DNA from: Monocercomonoides exilis PA203
Lineage: Eukaryota; Protista; Preaxostyla
Assembly (NCBI GenBank): GCA_001643675.2
Contig: LSRY02000012.1
Coordinates: 806,001 to 870,000 of the forward strand
DNA: 64,000 bases
Direction: 5' to 3'
The notes under the pieces were generated by a model that made no database searches, was not told where the DNA came from, and was given only the letters and a program-made list of their open reading frames with translations. Shown in pieces: positions 40,801 to 52,450 of the stretch. The position numbers and the translations under genes were made by a program. Every line of letters begins with the position of its first letter. The first letter of the stretch is position 1.

Positions 40801-41589
40801 TGAACAATTCATTTTTCATCAAAAAAAACAAACTTTTATTTTGTTCATTGTTTTTGTTTCTTAATATCGGGATTTTTTGCATTATCAATGTTAAACTCTG
40901 CAATATTGGTTCATTTAATGATATAATGATCGTTCCTGATTCAATAAAACATTAATATACAAACAAAAAGAAAATTTTTGAAAGAAAAATGCAAAAAAAA
41001 TATTTTTTTGATAAAAAGAATCAACAAATAGCATTTGGATTCCGTTGCAAACAAATTTGAATTCAACATCTGGTGGCTAATAAACATAAAGGTTGTTTAA
41101 AACATGTAAGTCGAATTAAAAAAAGGAGCTGTTGTCAACATTGAACAAGTGCGCATATAATAGTGTGCTTTAATTTACATATAAAAGAAAACGAATTACA
41201 CACTTTTAGGTTCTATTTTAACCAAAACAGCATATTCAAGTTTTCCAGATATTTAAAATTTATTGTGGGTTAGATCAAAGATATTTAATTAAATTTTTTA
41301 TTTATGATTTATATTTTTAATGATGAAAATTAACAAATAAAATAAGTCTATATAATAATGCAAACACTTCTGATGTGTAAAAATCACGTTTTCTTTAAAA
41401 TTTGAATAATTATTTATGAAATTCATGTTTTTATGGGTCATTTTTCAAAAATCATTTTTTTCAACAATAAAAATTTTTTTCGAAAAATCGGTCCATAAAA
41501 AGTTTTTAAATAATTATTATCTATTAATTCGTTATAATTTGAGGGTTTAAAAACGCAAATTGCAAAAGGAACGCGTTTGAACCTATGCC
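37849..41589. mobile_element. Non-autonomous Merlin-type element with ~400-bp TIRs and a captured gene fragment
   Basis: TIR begins ggcataggttcaaacgcg; ~37849-38248 vs 41190-41589 nearly identical; perfect 8-bp TSD GAGAATTC (37841-37848, 41590-41597); no transposase inside. Confidence 0.93.
38950..40560 (-). pseudogene. Fragment of oxymonad-type beta-helix/adhesin-like surface protein
   Basis: Consecutive minus-strand ORFs (40198-40509, 39831-40034, 39612-39821, 39414-39611, 39192-39398) with motifs such as IEGCECVNGNG and LNCSFVKC, separated by single stops. Confidence 0.65.
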
Positions 41590-42301
41590 GAGAATTCACT
41601 GTTACTCTTGAAAGAAAAAGATCACAAGAATTAATATTAGAATTACTAAGTTTTAAAAGATACTCTTCGATTTGAGGAGATACAAGAATAAAAGATTTCG
41701 TATCTTTGATAGGAAAGCTGAGCGCGACAAGATTTATTAACCTTGAAGCGTCTTTTCTCCTTCCAGTGCTTCATAAGCTCCTGAACATGATTGTGAAGAG
41801 AATGGGATGGAATGGGAGCATGAAGATCAACCAATCAATTGTTGTCAGTCTTCGGAAATGAATATGGAGATTGACATAGAACATGCTTCGGAATAGGTGT
41901 ATAAAAGGTTCTTTTCCAATTCTTGATTATTCATTAAAACATTATGATAAATAAAAAGTGGAATTAATAATAAATCATTTGTATGGACTGGAATTTTGAA
42001 ATTATTTTAAATCCTTGAGAAAAAACAAATTTTAAAATGACCAATAAATAAGTGTATTTTTCCAAAAAAATATTTAAAACAAGATAATTTTGAAACAAAA
42101 AGTTGATGAAATGTTATTAATTGTGATATTGTCCTATTTTTATAATAAAAATTTGAGAAATAAAACATAAAAATAAATAAATAAATAAATAAAAATATTT
42201 TGTTCAATCTTTCCATTATATTTTAAATATACAAAATATTCGAATTTGCTTTCTATCGTTAAAAATTGGACACCAGTCTGCGAGCATAAGACAAATCAAA
42301 T

Positions 42302-42570
42302 GGGACAAAATATTTCACTTCAGGCATTTTCATTGAAAAATTATATACTTTTCATTGACTTTTTGTGTACAAAAAAAATAATAAAAATGGGTTCATTTTT
42401 TGACATACATAGATACTCACATAACTTTTTGTTATAACATCTATGACGACTCTCTGCAGATAAGAAAATTCAATTTATGTTGAAATCTGAGAATGATTAA
42501 TAATGTTAAAAGTGAAACAGTTTTATCAGAGCTTAGTGCAAAAAAAGCTTGAAATTTTGTATTTTTCCCC
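42302..42570 (-). mobile_element. MITE family A
   Basis: gggacaaaatatttcacttcagg ... gtatttttcccc; homologous to 15879-16147. Confidence 0.8.
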
Positions 42571-43897
42571 GTATGTTTTTAAATATTATTTAAGTGTGCA
42601 CCGAATGATTATTATAATTTCATTCAATTCTTTATGAATTTTGATAATGATATTTAAGCTGATTATTTTTGTGCAATGGGAGTACATACACATAAATCCA
42701 TGGTGTTAATGATAAAGAAGCATATGATACACTTGTGTATGCATTCATTTCAATAATTAACATTGTTTTATCAAATTTTAAGACAAAACACAAAATATAT
42801 GGGTATTTTTTTATGAAAAGTCACAAAATATTAATTGATCTGAAAATCAGATCATAAATGATCAGTAAATGTTGATCATTCCGTTACCAAAATAAAATAT
42901 TTATTATCAAACAAATGCAATTTGATACTTATTCTCAAAGCAGAAAATCTCAAATTTGTCAAGAACTGAAAAAATATTTGAACCAGTGTTCAAATAACAC
43001 AGAGAATCAACTAATATTATATTTCTTAAACCATTCTAATAACGGAAAGAAAATAAAGCAATCATTCATTGAGTGTTTGAATGGTATTGTATTATCATTG
43101 TTTTTCTTAATTATAAAAAAAGTTTGTTTTTATTTGCAAAAGAAAAATATACCAAAGTTCTGTTTCATTGTGGAATTTAATACGATTTACTAAATAAAAA
43201 AGACAAAGTTTTGCTCTTGCAAACATTTTTGAAAGTTGTGGAGGAGCAAGAGCTGTTTCAAGCGGGGTGGAGTTGCACAAAGAACAACATTGTTCATGCC
43301 AAAAGAATGTTGAAACGTCATGATTATGGAGTGATTCGTTCATCAAAGCCCTATACGCCAACTGCTCGAAAACGTTTATATATATTCTATATTTAACCTT
43401 TTTTAAAATTTTTTGAAGCAATGACTCATTTCAATTTTTCGTTTTGTGAATGGTGGCTTCGAAAACACGCCACAGAATGTTGCATAAAGAAAAGGAAAAA
43501 ACGAAATTCTATTATTGAAGAATTATCTGAAGATGATATGGTGTTTCTGAATACAAAGAAAGAAAAAGAAATACCAAATATTACTTCTCCAAACTTGATG
43601 GAATATGATAATCATTCTCTTAATATTAAAAAGAACTCCATTGGAGAAAACAAACGAAATATTTCATTAAATTCCAAAGAAGAACTTGAATCAAATCAAT
43701 ACAAATCAAAAACAAATTTCTCACAAGAACATATAGATTACATTACAATTATTAACAATAAACAGTTATCAAATGTTCAATTTGGCATATCAAAAACATT
43801 AATAAGTCTAAATAAAAAAAGAAATCAATAGAAAAACTCTTCATCGAAGTGTCGACTTTCATCTTCCACTGAATATCCATCTGCCGCCTCTCGCGCC

Positions 43898-45613
43898 ATG
43901 TCTTCCGCCTCTTCAAGCAGCGCTGCAAGTTCCAGCTGCTCGTCTGATTCAATTATCCGAACTTCTTTAATTCATGTACTGACTGAAACAAATAACGGAA
44001 ATACATTTGATGATACAAATATTTTAAATAATATTCATATGAATGTGACAAATGAAAACTCTATCGAGAAAACATTACATTTATCAAAAATCGAAACAAA
44101 AAATTCTAAAATGAAAAAGAAGATGATGTCCTCATTTTTGAAAGAATCTTCAAACGATATAATTGATCAAACTTTGAAAAACGAAGATGAAAAATGGTTT
44201 GAGAATGAAATACGTATAATTAATGGATCCAAATATTCGCTTTGGAAGCAAATGGTGAAGGAAATTGATGTTAAACTTAGCTATTCACACTTTTATACAC
44301 TTTCAAAAAATTTAAGAAAATCAAAAAGAAGAACTGATGTGTGTAATTTGTGTGCTCGAAGAGAAATGTTAACGAAGATTCAAAGAATCAGACATTTAAC
44401 GTTGAAGGAAAGGGAAGAAAAAAGATTATTAGAAATTCATCAAATAATCCAGAACAAACAGAGAAATTATTATCATAAATGTATTGAAGAACTTTCATTC
44501 GGACAAACAATTGTTATTCTCGATTACAAACAAAACTGGTGCCTCCCAATAAAACAATCCCAGGTGAGCAGAGATTTTTATGAAAAGAAAGAAGTTTCTC
44601 ACCTGGGAGTTGTTATTTATCAATCACAACACAAAAGAAATAGCAAATCAAGTTTCCACTTTTTTTCAGAAGTGCTTTCCAAGGACAGTCGATATTCTAT
44701 CGACTGCCTTGAAAATGCACTTGACTTCTCTCTTAAGTCATCATGTTCAAACCTATCACTCAACGAATGGACCGACTGCGGTCCTCATTTCAGAAACGGT
44801 TCATTTCTTCATTTCATCCTCCATCCTTCATCTTTTGTTATTCAAAAATTCTCATCCACTTCGCTTTCCTTCTTTTCAGAAGGACACGGAAAAAGCGAGG
44901 TTGATGGAGAGTTTGGTGTCCTCTCGAGAGAAGCACAGAACTCTCGAGAGGACATCTCATCTGTTGATGAGCTAATCTCTTTTTTCAAAAAAAGATTTAA
45001 CTCATCAACAGATGAGATAGGAAGTGCCTCAATCAATAGGCACTTCCTCCCATACACCCCTAGGCTTCAAGTGAGAGTCTCACCGAAGCTGAGGGTGAAA
45101 GAGTTGAAGAAGAATCTTTTATGGAGCAGCGAAGAAGGAAGGATTTTCGCTGCTCCATTCAACGAAGAAGAAAATACAAGATGGAGTGAAGTGAGGGTTG
45201 CTGTTTCTTTCGAAAGAGCGAAGAAACAAGCAACAAGCAAGATATACTCTTGCCTCTCTTCTCCAATTGGAAAGCAAACACTTTCACTTATTTTGGGAAG
45301 ATGGGAAGAGGAAAAAGACAATCATTCAATATCAGAATTGCTTCCATGCGAAGAAGGAACAGCCGAAGGAACAGCCGAAGGAACAGCCGAAGAAACAGCC
45401 GAAGAAACAGCCGAAGAAACAGCCGAAGAAACAGCCGAAGAAACAGATAATTTTGATAATAAACCAAGACGCACTTATTCTCAATATGTTTGCCAATGGG
45501 ATGTTGAAGACGAAGAAAGAAGGAAGGAAGCTATAGTTCTCATTGAGGAAGAAGGCAATGTTGAAGAGATAAGTGGAACGATAATAAGTGACAATGATGA
45601 TGCTAATTTTTAA
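43898..45613 (+). CDS. Sola-like DDD transposase (open catalytic part; 5' exons from ~42915 carry lesions)
   Basis: TDVCNLC...H; ILDYKQN, WTDCGPHFRN and FFSEGHGKSEVDGEFG match the Sola2-type DFxEN / DxxxQxKN / HGKxxxDG pattern. Same frame as 43421-43831 across one TAG; intron 43374-43418. Confidence 0.8.
   Translation: MSSASSSSAASSSCSSDSIIRTSLIHVLTETNNGNTFDDTNILNNIHMNVTNENSIEKTLHLSKIETKNSKMKKKMMSSFLKESSNDIIDQTLKNEDEKWFENEIRIINGSKYSLWKQMVKEIDVKLSYSHFYTLSKNLRKSKRRTDVCNLCARREMLTKIQRIRHLTLKEREEKRLLEIHQIIQNKQRNYYHKCIEELSFGQTIVILDYKQNWCLPIKQSQVSRDFYEKKEVSHLGVVIYQSQHKRNSKSSFHFFSEVLSKDSRYSIDCLENALDFSLKSSCSNLSLNEWTDCGPHFRNGSFLHFILHPSSFVIQKFSSTSLSFFSEGHGKSEVDGEFGVLSREAQNSREDISSVDELISFFKKRFNSSTDEIGSASINRHFLPYTPRLQVRVSPKLRVKELKKNLLWSSEEGRIFAAPFNEEENTRWSEVRVAVSFERAKKQATSKIYSCLSSPIGKQTLSLILGRWEEEKDNHSISELLPCEEGTAEGTAEGTAEETAEETAEETAEETAEETDNFDNKPRRTYSQYVCQWDVEDEERRKEAIVLIEEEGNVEEISGTIISDNDDANF
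45352..45447 (+). repeat. 12-bp tandem repeat (GAAGRAACAGCC) encoding EGTA/EETA in the transposase tail
   Basis: About 8 copies seen directly. Confidence 0.9.
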
Positions 45614-45699
45614 ATAAATCTGAACTTTGAATTAAAAGAGAAGTGTGAAGATAATGCTTGTCTCCAAACATTTTGAATATTCAAAATCTTTGTGACATA

Positions 45700-48330
45700 T
45701 TTTCAAAACGTTCTTTTTCTCAACTTCTCTTTCAGCTCAAATCCATTGCTCCTCCAGCGGCATCTCCATCGTCACCATCTCAAATGCTTTCGAATCTTTT
45801 CTCACTCAGTCATTCACTAACTCCCTCAAATTATCTGCTTCATTCTTGACTTTTCTGCACAAAACAACATACAAAACAAATTCAACGAAAGCAATCAGAA
45901 ATATTTTCAACATTGATTCCAAAGCTTTCGCATTTAATTTTCTCGTGCAATACATTTCTTTCAGATGCAAAATGAGACGCATTCAGATTGTTGATGGACA
46001 TTTTCCCTCTCTCCAAACGAGCAATCCCGAAGCTCGACAGAAAAGTCAGATAAGAAAATGTTATGCTCTCAAGATGGATTTCTCCACCTTCTCCTACAGC
46101 AATCCACAATTTCCCAGTCTCTTCAGAGCCTTCGCTTCCTCCAAATTCACAATTCAATATTGTTACTCGTCCCCCATTCATCCGAATAACGCCAACATCA
46201 CCTTCTGCCGGAGAGGTAGGAAGTTTGAAAACAAGTCTGTTGAGCAGAAGCACTGTCGGTGTGAGGCCATCAACCACATTGAAGAAACCCTTGCTTTCTG
46301 TTCTCAGTTCTGATTTAGAAGCAACTCCGCGGATTGTGAGCGATTTACCATCTCTTCTCATCTCTCCAGAAACCCAGTTGTAGTTGTTGATCTGAACAGT
46401 TGTCTGATTTTCTTTTAGGTTGCTCATCCCAACTTCCAATCGATCGCATGGATTCGCATCGCTTCCACAGTTCGGCAACGTGCATTTTCCTGACTCAACA
46501 AAAATAATATCTCCTGTTCCAGAAAACAGATATTTCTTGATCGAGTAATCAATTTCTGTGCTTTCAACCGAGTCCATAACCCAGAAATATTGCTCTAGCG
46601 TGCTCAATTCGTCAATTGTCCCAAACCACAAATCTTCTTTGATCAGCGTTTCTGGATTCCATCAAAGCAGAAATAGGTCATTTTTCTTTGAAGCTAGATT
46701 TCTTGTGAACGTGTTTGACTTCATCGAATACTGAACATTCACATCAAATTTCAGATGCAACCCTCCTCCATATCCCTATGCTCCCAGCGCTGCACAGCTC
46801 TCCTCCATTCAACACATTGAATGCACCCATCCCTCCAAATGGAACCTCTCCTTGACACATATCTTTTGAAAGCACACAGTTGCTGATCTCCATTCGCTTT
46901 CCCTGTCCAATAACGCCTGAAAAGACTGGGCCATTCCCATTGTTGCGAGTAACATTCGACAATTCACTTGAATGTATTATCATTCCGCTTCCTTCCCCAA
47001 AAGAAATGACACTGCCACTTTCCAGTGATGAGCCATTGACTGTTAGCTTCTTGATGTCGGTTGAAGATCCATCACTCAAGTGAATAAGCCCATGTGAAGT
47101 CTGGCTCTCAATCCCTTCAATAGTGCATCCTGCAATAAATAATAATGTTCCTTGCCCTCTCAGCTCGACTGCAGCAATATCTCCAAAATCAATTCTTTCA
47201 GCTCAAATTCAGTTAAATGAATTTCGCCTCCTGTTGCACAAAGAATGCTGAATTGAATTGCATCACTTTCCACTTGCCTTGTCACTGAGCAATTAGCAAT
47301 GCTCAAAGTTGATTGCTGGCACAGAATCAGACATAATCGAGGTGTTTAAACGAAGCTCGAAGGCATTGAAAAAGTGATATTCGAAATCGAAACATCTGCT
47401 GCTGTCTCAATCAATCCATCCCCTTCCCCGCTTCCGTTGCTGCAGACAAAAATGGAAATATCTTTTTTTGAAGCTAAAATGGAAACAGAACACGAGGCAA
47501 ATCTTATACAGCTATCCAGCTGGAAAGATGGGAGTACTTCAACAACACCTTGCTCTTGCACTGATCCAAATCTCAATTCAACAACTTTGCTGATTGTATG
47601 GCAAGGCGCAAATGAAAATCCGCATCCCGAATGATCATATCCTCCATCTGCTTCGCTTCCAACATATCCGCTTCAGAAAATGAAGTTAGAAATACAGTTA
47701 AAGGAATCGCACAATCTTAATTGCAGGAGACTCGCTCATACCCCATCAAATCCGTTTTGTTCATCTCCCTCCAAGCTATTTGGAAGTTATCTGCTCGAAC
47801 TGTCTCAGTCAAGTTGTTGGCATCCACAAATATGTTATTTCCTTTCAACGCTTTGCATTCAAAGAATGTCAGGTTTTTCAGCGAACAAACTCCATTTTTA
47901 TCTGAAATAAGCAGATATATCCCTCCTCCTAATCCTCTTCCTCTATTTAATTCTTCACAACTTGGTACATTTCAGTTGCTGAATCTGGTGTTGTTCACAG
48001 CAACGTTCATATTCCCATGTTTCTGGATAAACAAAGATCCGCCCTTCAGCTCGTTTCCGTTTTCGCATGATGAACTTAACTTGCACCCATCGATCACAAT
48101 CTCGGAGTTTCCTCTATTCCCATATGCACTGAACAGTTCACCATTTCCGTTCTTCGCGTCATTTTGATGGAAAAAACAATATCTTATCTAGTGAGTCTGA
48201 ACAGCTTGTTCCGAAAGTCCACTGAAGTTTATTCCTGCTCCTCCTAAAATTGTTGAATTTGTAAATATTCCATTCACTGTGTTCAAGATAATCATATTTT
48301 CTGTGATCAAAAGTGCTGAAAGGTTAATAC
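45700..48330 (-). pseudogene. Beta-helix/adhesin-like surface protein fragment (Sola cargo)
   Basis: ORFs 45882-46631, 46744-47079 and 47346-47576, e.g. CGSDANPCDRLEVG, RNNGNGPVFSG, GSGLGGGIY-type motifs; stops and frameshifts. Confidence 0.65.
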
Positions 48331-49142
48331 TCGGCAAAGCGAAATTAGATTATATGTAACCAGAAGAATTTCCATCCCAATTTTTTAACAAAACGAGAGT
48401 TTGAAAAAATGAAGGTTCCTGATGACCGAAGATATTTCAGACGTAAGAAACACACCATTCCATAAGAATGTGAAATTGAGCAATTTTCAAAAGCAAGTTC
48501 TTTGTATTGTTCATTTTTCATATGATCAACTCGGTAAATCGCTTCTCCACGATTTGCGCAACACTTGCTGAAATTTGATGAAATCAATATTTGTTTTTTT
48601 CCAAATTTGAAAAATGGAAATCTCCTCCATGAATAAGCTCTTCATTTTCAATTGCGCTTATTCAGTCAAATAAACTATAACGAATATTGATTGATGCACC
48701 ATGTGTAGAAGCGGCAATAATACTCTCAGATTCTTGTGGGTGTATGTTTCCCGCTTATTCCACAAAAATAAAAGTTCTCCCGTATCAAGAAGGTTTTTTC
48801 TCCCTGGTTGTATTATACTGTTTCTTAATCCAAAAACACTATCACTACTTAAATAACTGCTGTCACTTCACTATGGGAACAAGATTCAGAAATTTTGCAT
48901 TTTCTAGGATGTTCGTTTTGAAAGAATATACGCAATTTCACTTGTAATATGATAATAAGAATGATTCTTGTATATGTTGAAATAAACTCTGACAGTTCAT
49001 TTCACAACCAAAAAATTTGTGCAGTATTGTGCTTCTCAATAGTGCTTTTGAACATGTTTTTTATAAAATAAAAATAAGCATAGTAAAAGCTCAATAAACA
49101 TTTTTTGCTATGATCATAATTAAAATTCAAATTTCTTTATTG

Positions 49143-49246
49143 TTTAATAATTTTTTGAAAAGAAGAATTTCACAATTATCAAACAAACTTTTCCATGAAA
49201 GTTTGTTTGATAATTGTGAAATTCTTCTTTTCAAAAAATTATTAAA
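49143..49246. repeat. Perfect inverted repeat, 49-bp arms, 6-nt loop
   Basis: tttaataattttttgaaaagaagaatttcacaattatcaaacaaacttt-tccatg-(reverse complement). Confidence 0.95.
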
Positions 49247-49619
49247 ACAATAAATTATGTTTCTGTTTTCTTATCAAAATAAAAATTTCAATTTTGCTAT
49301 GAATTATTGTTTTATTTGCTTAAACTGTTCTGTAACTGCAGATATATAAAATGTTCATAGTTTGTATGGATTCTTTTTCTAGTTAAAAATTGAGATTCGT
49401 TAATGAATCAAATTTTTATTTGATAATAATTTTTCATTGCACAGAATGCGCCTGGAATTTCAATTAATGCAAAGAATCCTCCCACAAGTTTGATAAAGAT
49501 GTTAAACACGCAAATCAAACGGTTTTTATCTATCTTTCATTTAAATGCTATATTATTCTATTAAAATGTTAAATTTCTTTTTTTAAGCTTAGAAAGTTTG
49601 CTGCATATTTCAGAGCACA

Positions 49620-50448
49620 TTTTGTGAAATATCCTACAATATGGGACTGCGAAACAGACTCTTTAGAAGAAGAAATGGATATTCAGCTGAATGATGTGAA
49701 ATACCAGAGTGAGACGCTATTTGTATCTTCTGCTGATAAAAACTGGGAAGACAGCAAGCAATGCGGAGAGTTTCGTTTTCCTTGTGAGTCATTCGATGTT
49801 GGAGTGCAATACATCATCCCTTCGCGCAATTCGTAGCTGTTGATATTAGGGGAAATGATCATCAATGGAGAAAGCAGTGCGTTGAATGTTATTGTGCGCT
49901 CCCTTGAATCTATTTCATCTGCTTTGGTTCATCTGAACTCAACAATTGTTAGTGACGAGGGAAGCATCATCACAACAACAAAAATTGTTCGGATTGAAAG
50001 ATTGAAATTCAACTTTGATCAGTCATTATCCTATTCAGGCAGTTCTCTTATCCTTGAAGCAAAAGGCCAGCTCTCTCTTTCATTTGTTGATTTTTCTTCG
50101 ACATTTGTATCAGAAAACATTGAAGCTGTTGTTATCGATTCATCATTGCTGAGCATCGAAAATGGAATTGTGCATGTTGATAACTGCTCAATAACAATGC
50201 TATCATTCAAGAAATCATTGTTTCTGTTTTGTGGAGATGAAATATCATTGATAAATATGAAGCTGGAACAGGTTGAATCAACAAGAAATGTTGTTGAGAT
50301 TGGGCAATGTGGAAATGCTGTGCTGAATGGAATTGATGCCTATGGAGTGAAATTGTCTGAAGGTTGCATCATTTCGATTGACAGTTCGACATCGGGAAGT
50401 GTTTCAGTTGGAAGCTCCTCATTCAAGAACTGCTCGAGAAATTCGTAA
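49620..50448 (+). pseudogene. Beta-helix/adhesin-like surface protein fragment (Sola cargo)
   Basis: YQSETLFVSS...DSKQCGEFRFPCESFDVGV*...SSFKNCSRNS; ORFs 49624-49836 and 49840-50448 share a frame. Confidence 0.65.
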
Positions 50449-50966
50449 GGAGCTTCTGTTCTTAAAGTGTTTCTTCTTCTTCTTCTTCTTCTTCTTCTTC
50501 TTCTTCTTCTTCCTTTTCATCTTCCTCTTCCTCCTCTTCCTCCTCTTCTTTTTCATCATCATCTTCTTCTCCTTCTTCTTCTCCTCTTTCTTCTCCTGAT
50601 TCATTAAACACTCCAATTTCACAACATTTCATTCCAATTTGTTCAAAACAATATTTGTCTAATTATTCTTCACCTTCTTCACCTTCTTATTTTCTGTTAT
50701 TTACTCAGAAATAAGCAAAAAGAAGACAAAACATTCTCAATGTTAACTATATATTTGTAACTTTCAAAAAATTCTTTGAAAGAAAATGAATGTGAAAAGA
50801 AACAAGTGATGGAAGGAGAATGACCTTAATTGATGAAACATAATAAAAATTTAAAGAAAAATTGAAAACAAAAAAATCGATAAGTGAAGAATAGAAGAGA
50901 AAAAAGAGAAAGAGGAGTAGGAGGAAGAGGAAGAATAATTAGAAAAAGAATACGAAAAGGAGGATG

Positions 50967-52450
50967 TCAATGCCAATGAAGAACATGCAAGGCTTTGCTA
51001 TTAACTCCCTCCTCATGCCACCGTCTGCTGAAACCGCACCACTCGCTGCCCATCCTCCAAAGTAAAATCAAAGCAGATCGCCTTTTTTTGAGTCGTTCCT
51101 CCACAGCTTCAGCCACAACAGCCCTCGCAGCAGCTGCACCATCTGGAACAACGCCTCCCGCCATTCTTTCTTCTCCACCACCGATTGTATAATCTCCACT
51201 GGTAGCTTCAGCCCAATCCATTCCCCAGCCACCTTCGATGCTGCATAAAGCTCCTGCTTTAAGTTGTCCAGTGCATCTTTCTGTCTTCACAATCTCATTT
51301 TTCAAAGACTACAGATGAAAATTTCGCGATCAGCTTCATCACAAACATCCGGAAGCTGCTTCTGCTTTGAAGTTGTTCAGTAAAAGCGATGGAAATACAG
51401 ATATATCGGTAAATCTCTTTTCCGACTTTATTCCCTCAAACAACGAAAAAACACTTCAATTTTTTCTCGATACAACTTCAAGCACCGTCAAGTTGTTAGG
51501 AAAACTGCATTTCACCTCCAGTTTACTCCTTCTGCACAAATTCCCCAAACTGCTCCATCTCAGCAAGTCCTTCCGGAACAGTTCTTCCCCATGCATCCTC
51601 GCCAACCGCACTACCTCTTTCTTCAATTTCTCCGAGAATTTCTCCCCCAGTCGTATATGAATAAAGTCCACATGGACCTGCCTTGGAAGCACCATACCTT
51701 CCCACCCAGCGCTGCCATTGCCCAGGTCTGCCGCTATCTTGTCTCTAAATATTCCCTGGATCATCGACAGCATCCGTGCCAGCTTCTGTCGCAGCCCTGT
51801 CTTTAGCGGCATCAGCAGCATCTGCATCGGAACTGACGACCTCCGCGTTTTAGGCAACCGAAACGCATGCATCGCTTCGTATTCCACATGCACCATCGGA
51901 ACAGAGACCGTTTTAATCGGATGCTCCATCATCATCTGTACTTCCAGTAAAGATTCACCACCTGTATCAGATTTCTCAACCCCGTTACATTCAACAACTT
52001 CACAATCCACTCCGACTCTTCACAGTCTCTGCGGTTAGTCTTCTGCTTAAGAAGCGTATGCAGCCGCTGCACAACACTCGTCTTCCCTTCCTTTTTATTT
52101 ACTTCTATTGGCACTTCTGTTGACATCCAATCTTCGTCCTTTCTCTTCGGTTCTTTTCACGGCAACACCAGAATCTCACACAGCGCACATGCATCTCTTT
52201 CTTCTTCATTTTCACCCTCCTCCGCTTCCTAATGTTCTCCGCCTCCGTTTCTGTTCCTCCTCCTTTTTATCCTCGACCCATCCTTCGCACTGACCCATTT
52301 CTCCTCTGTTACACCTTCCCTTCCACTAACAAATATTCCACTCCCCGCCTTCTCTTCCAGCACCTTCACCTACCCAGCCAGATATTCCATTGTCTCTTCA
52401 TACAACTCCTTCATTTTGATTATCTCATGCTTCTTTTGCGCAATCTCTGA
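50967..52450 (-). pseudogene. Degenerate host gene fragment, possibly IQCH/ATP-grasp-like
   Basis: GC-richer coding-like sequence; SSVPMQMLL...VHVDFI weakly recalls the IQCH C-terminal pattern. Confidence 0.3.

Larger units (their letters stand above)
36784..41895 (+). pseudogene. Truncated DIRS-like retroelement (gag end plus RT), split by the 37849-41589 insertion
   Basis: VGGRT...RRGVKPVW...SPVFVIRKKNG, IDCRRLN, FGFNDAP, AYLDDVVL, FLGFFWNTREF | TVTLERKRS...SLIGKLSATRF...KRMGWNG resumes in frame after the TSD. Confidence 0.9.

Noticed and set aside
45352-45447. CRISPR-like array
   Set aside because: Contiguous 12-bp coding repeats with no spacers, in a eukaryotic context with no cas genes.
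15063-45613. TAA/TAG = Gln genetic code (known in some oxymonads) as the explanation for in-frame stops
   Set aside because: The 571-aa ORF uses only CAA/CAG for Gln. Merlin stops align with R and V in the paralog or fall in an E-rich tail rather than at Q, and TGA stops and frameshifts are also frequent. Ordinary decay fits better.
51690-51745. DLGNGSAGW as a SAM-binding methyltransferase motif
   Set aside because: Single short motif with no other methyltransferase motifs recognisable.
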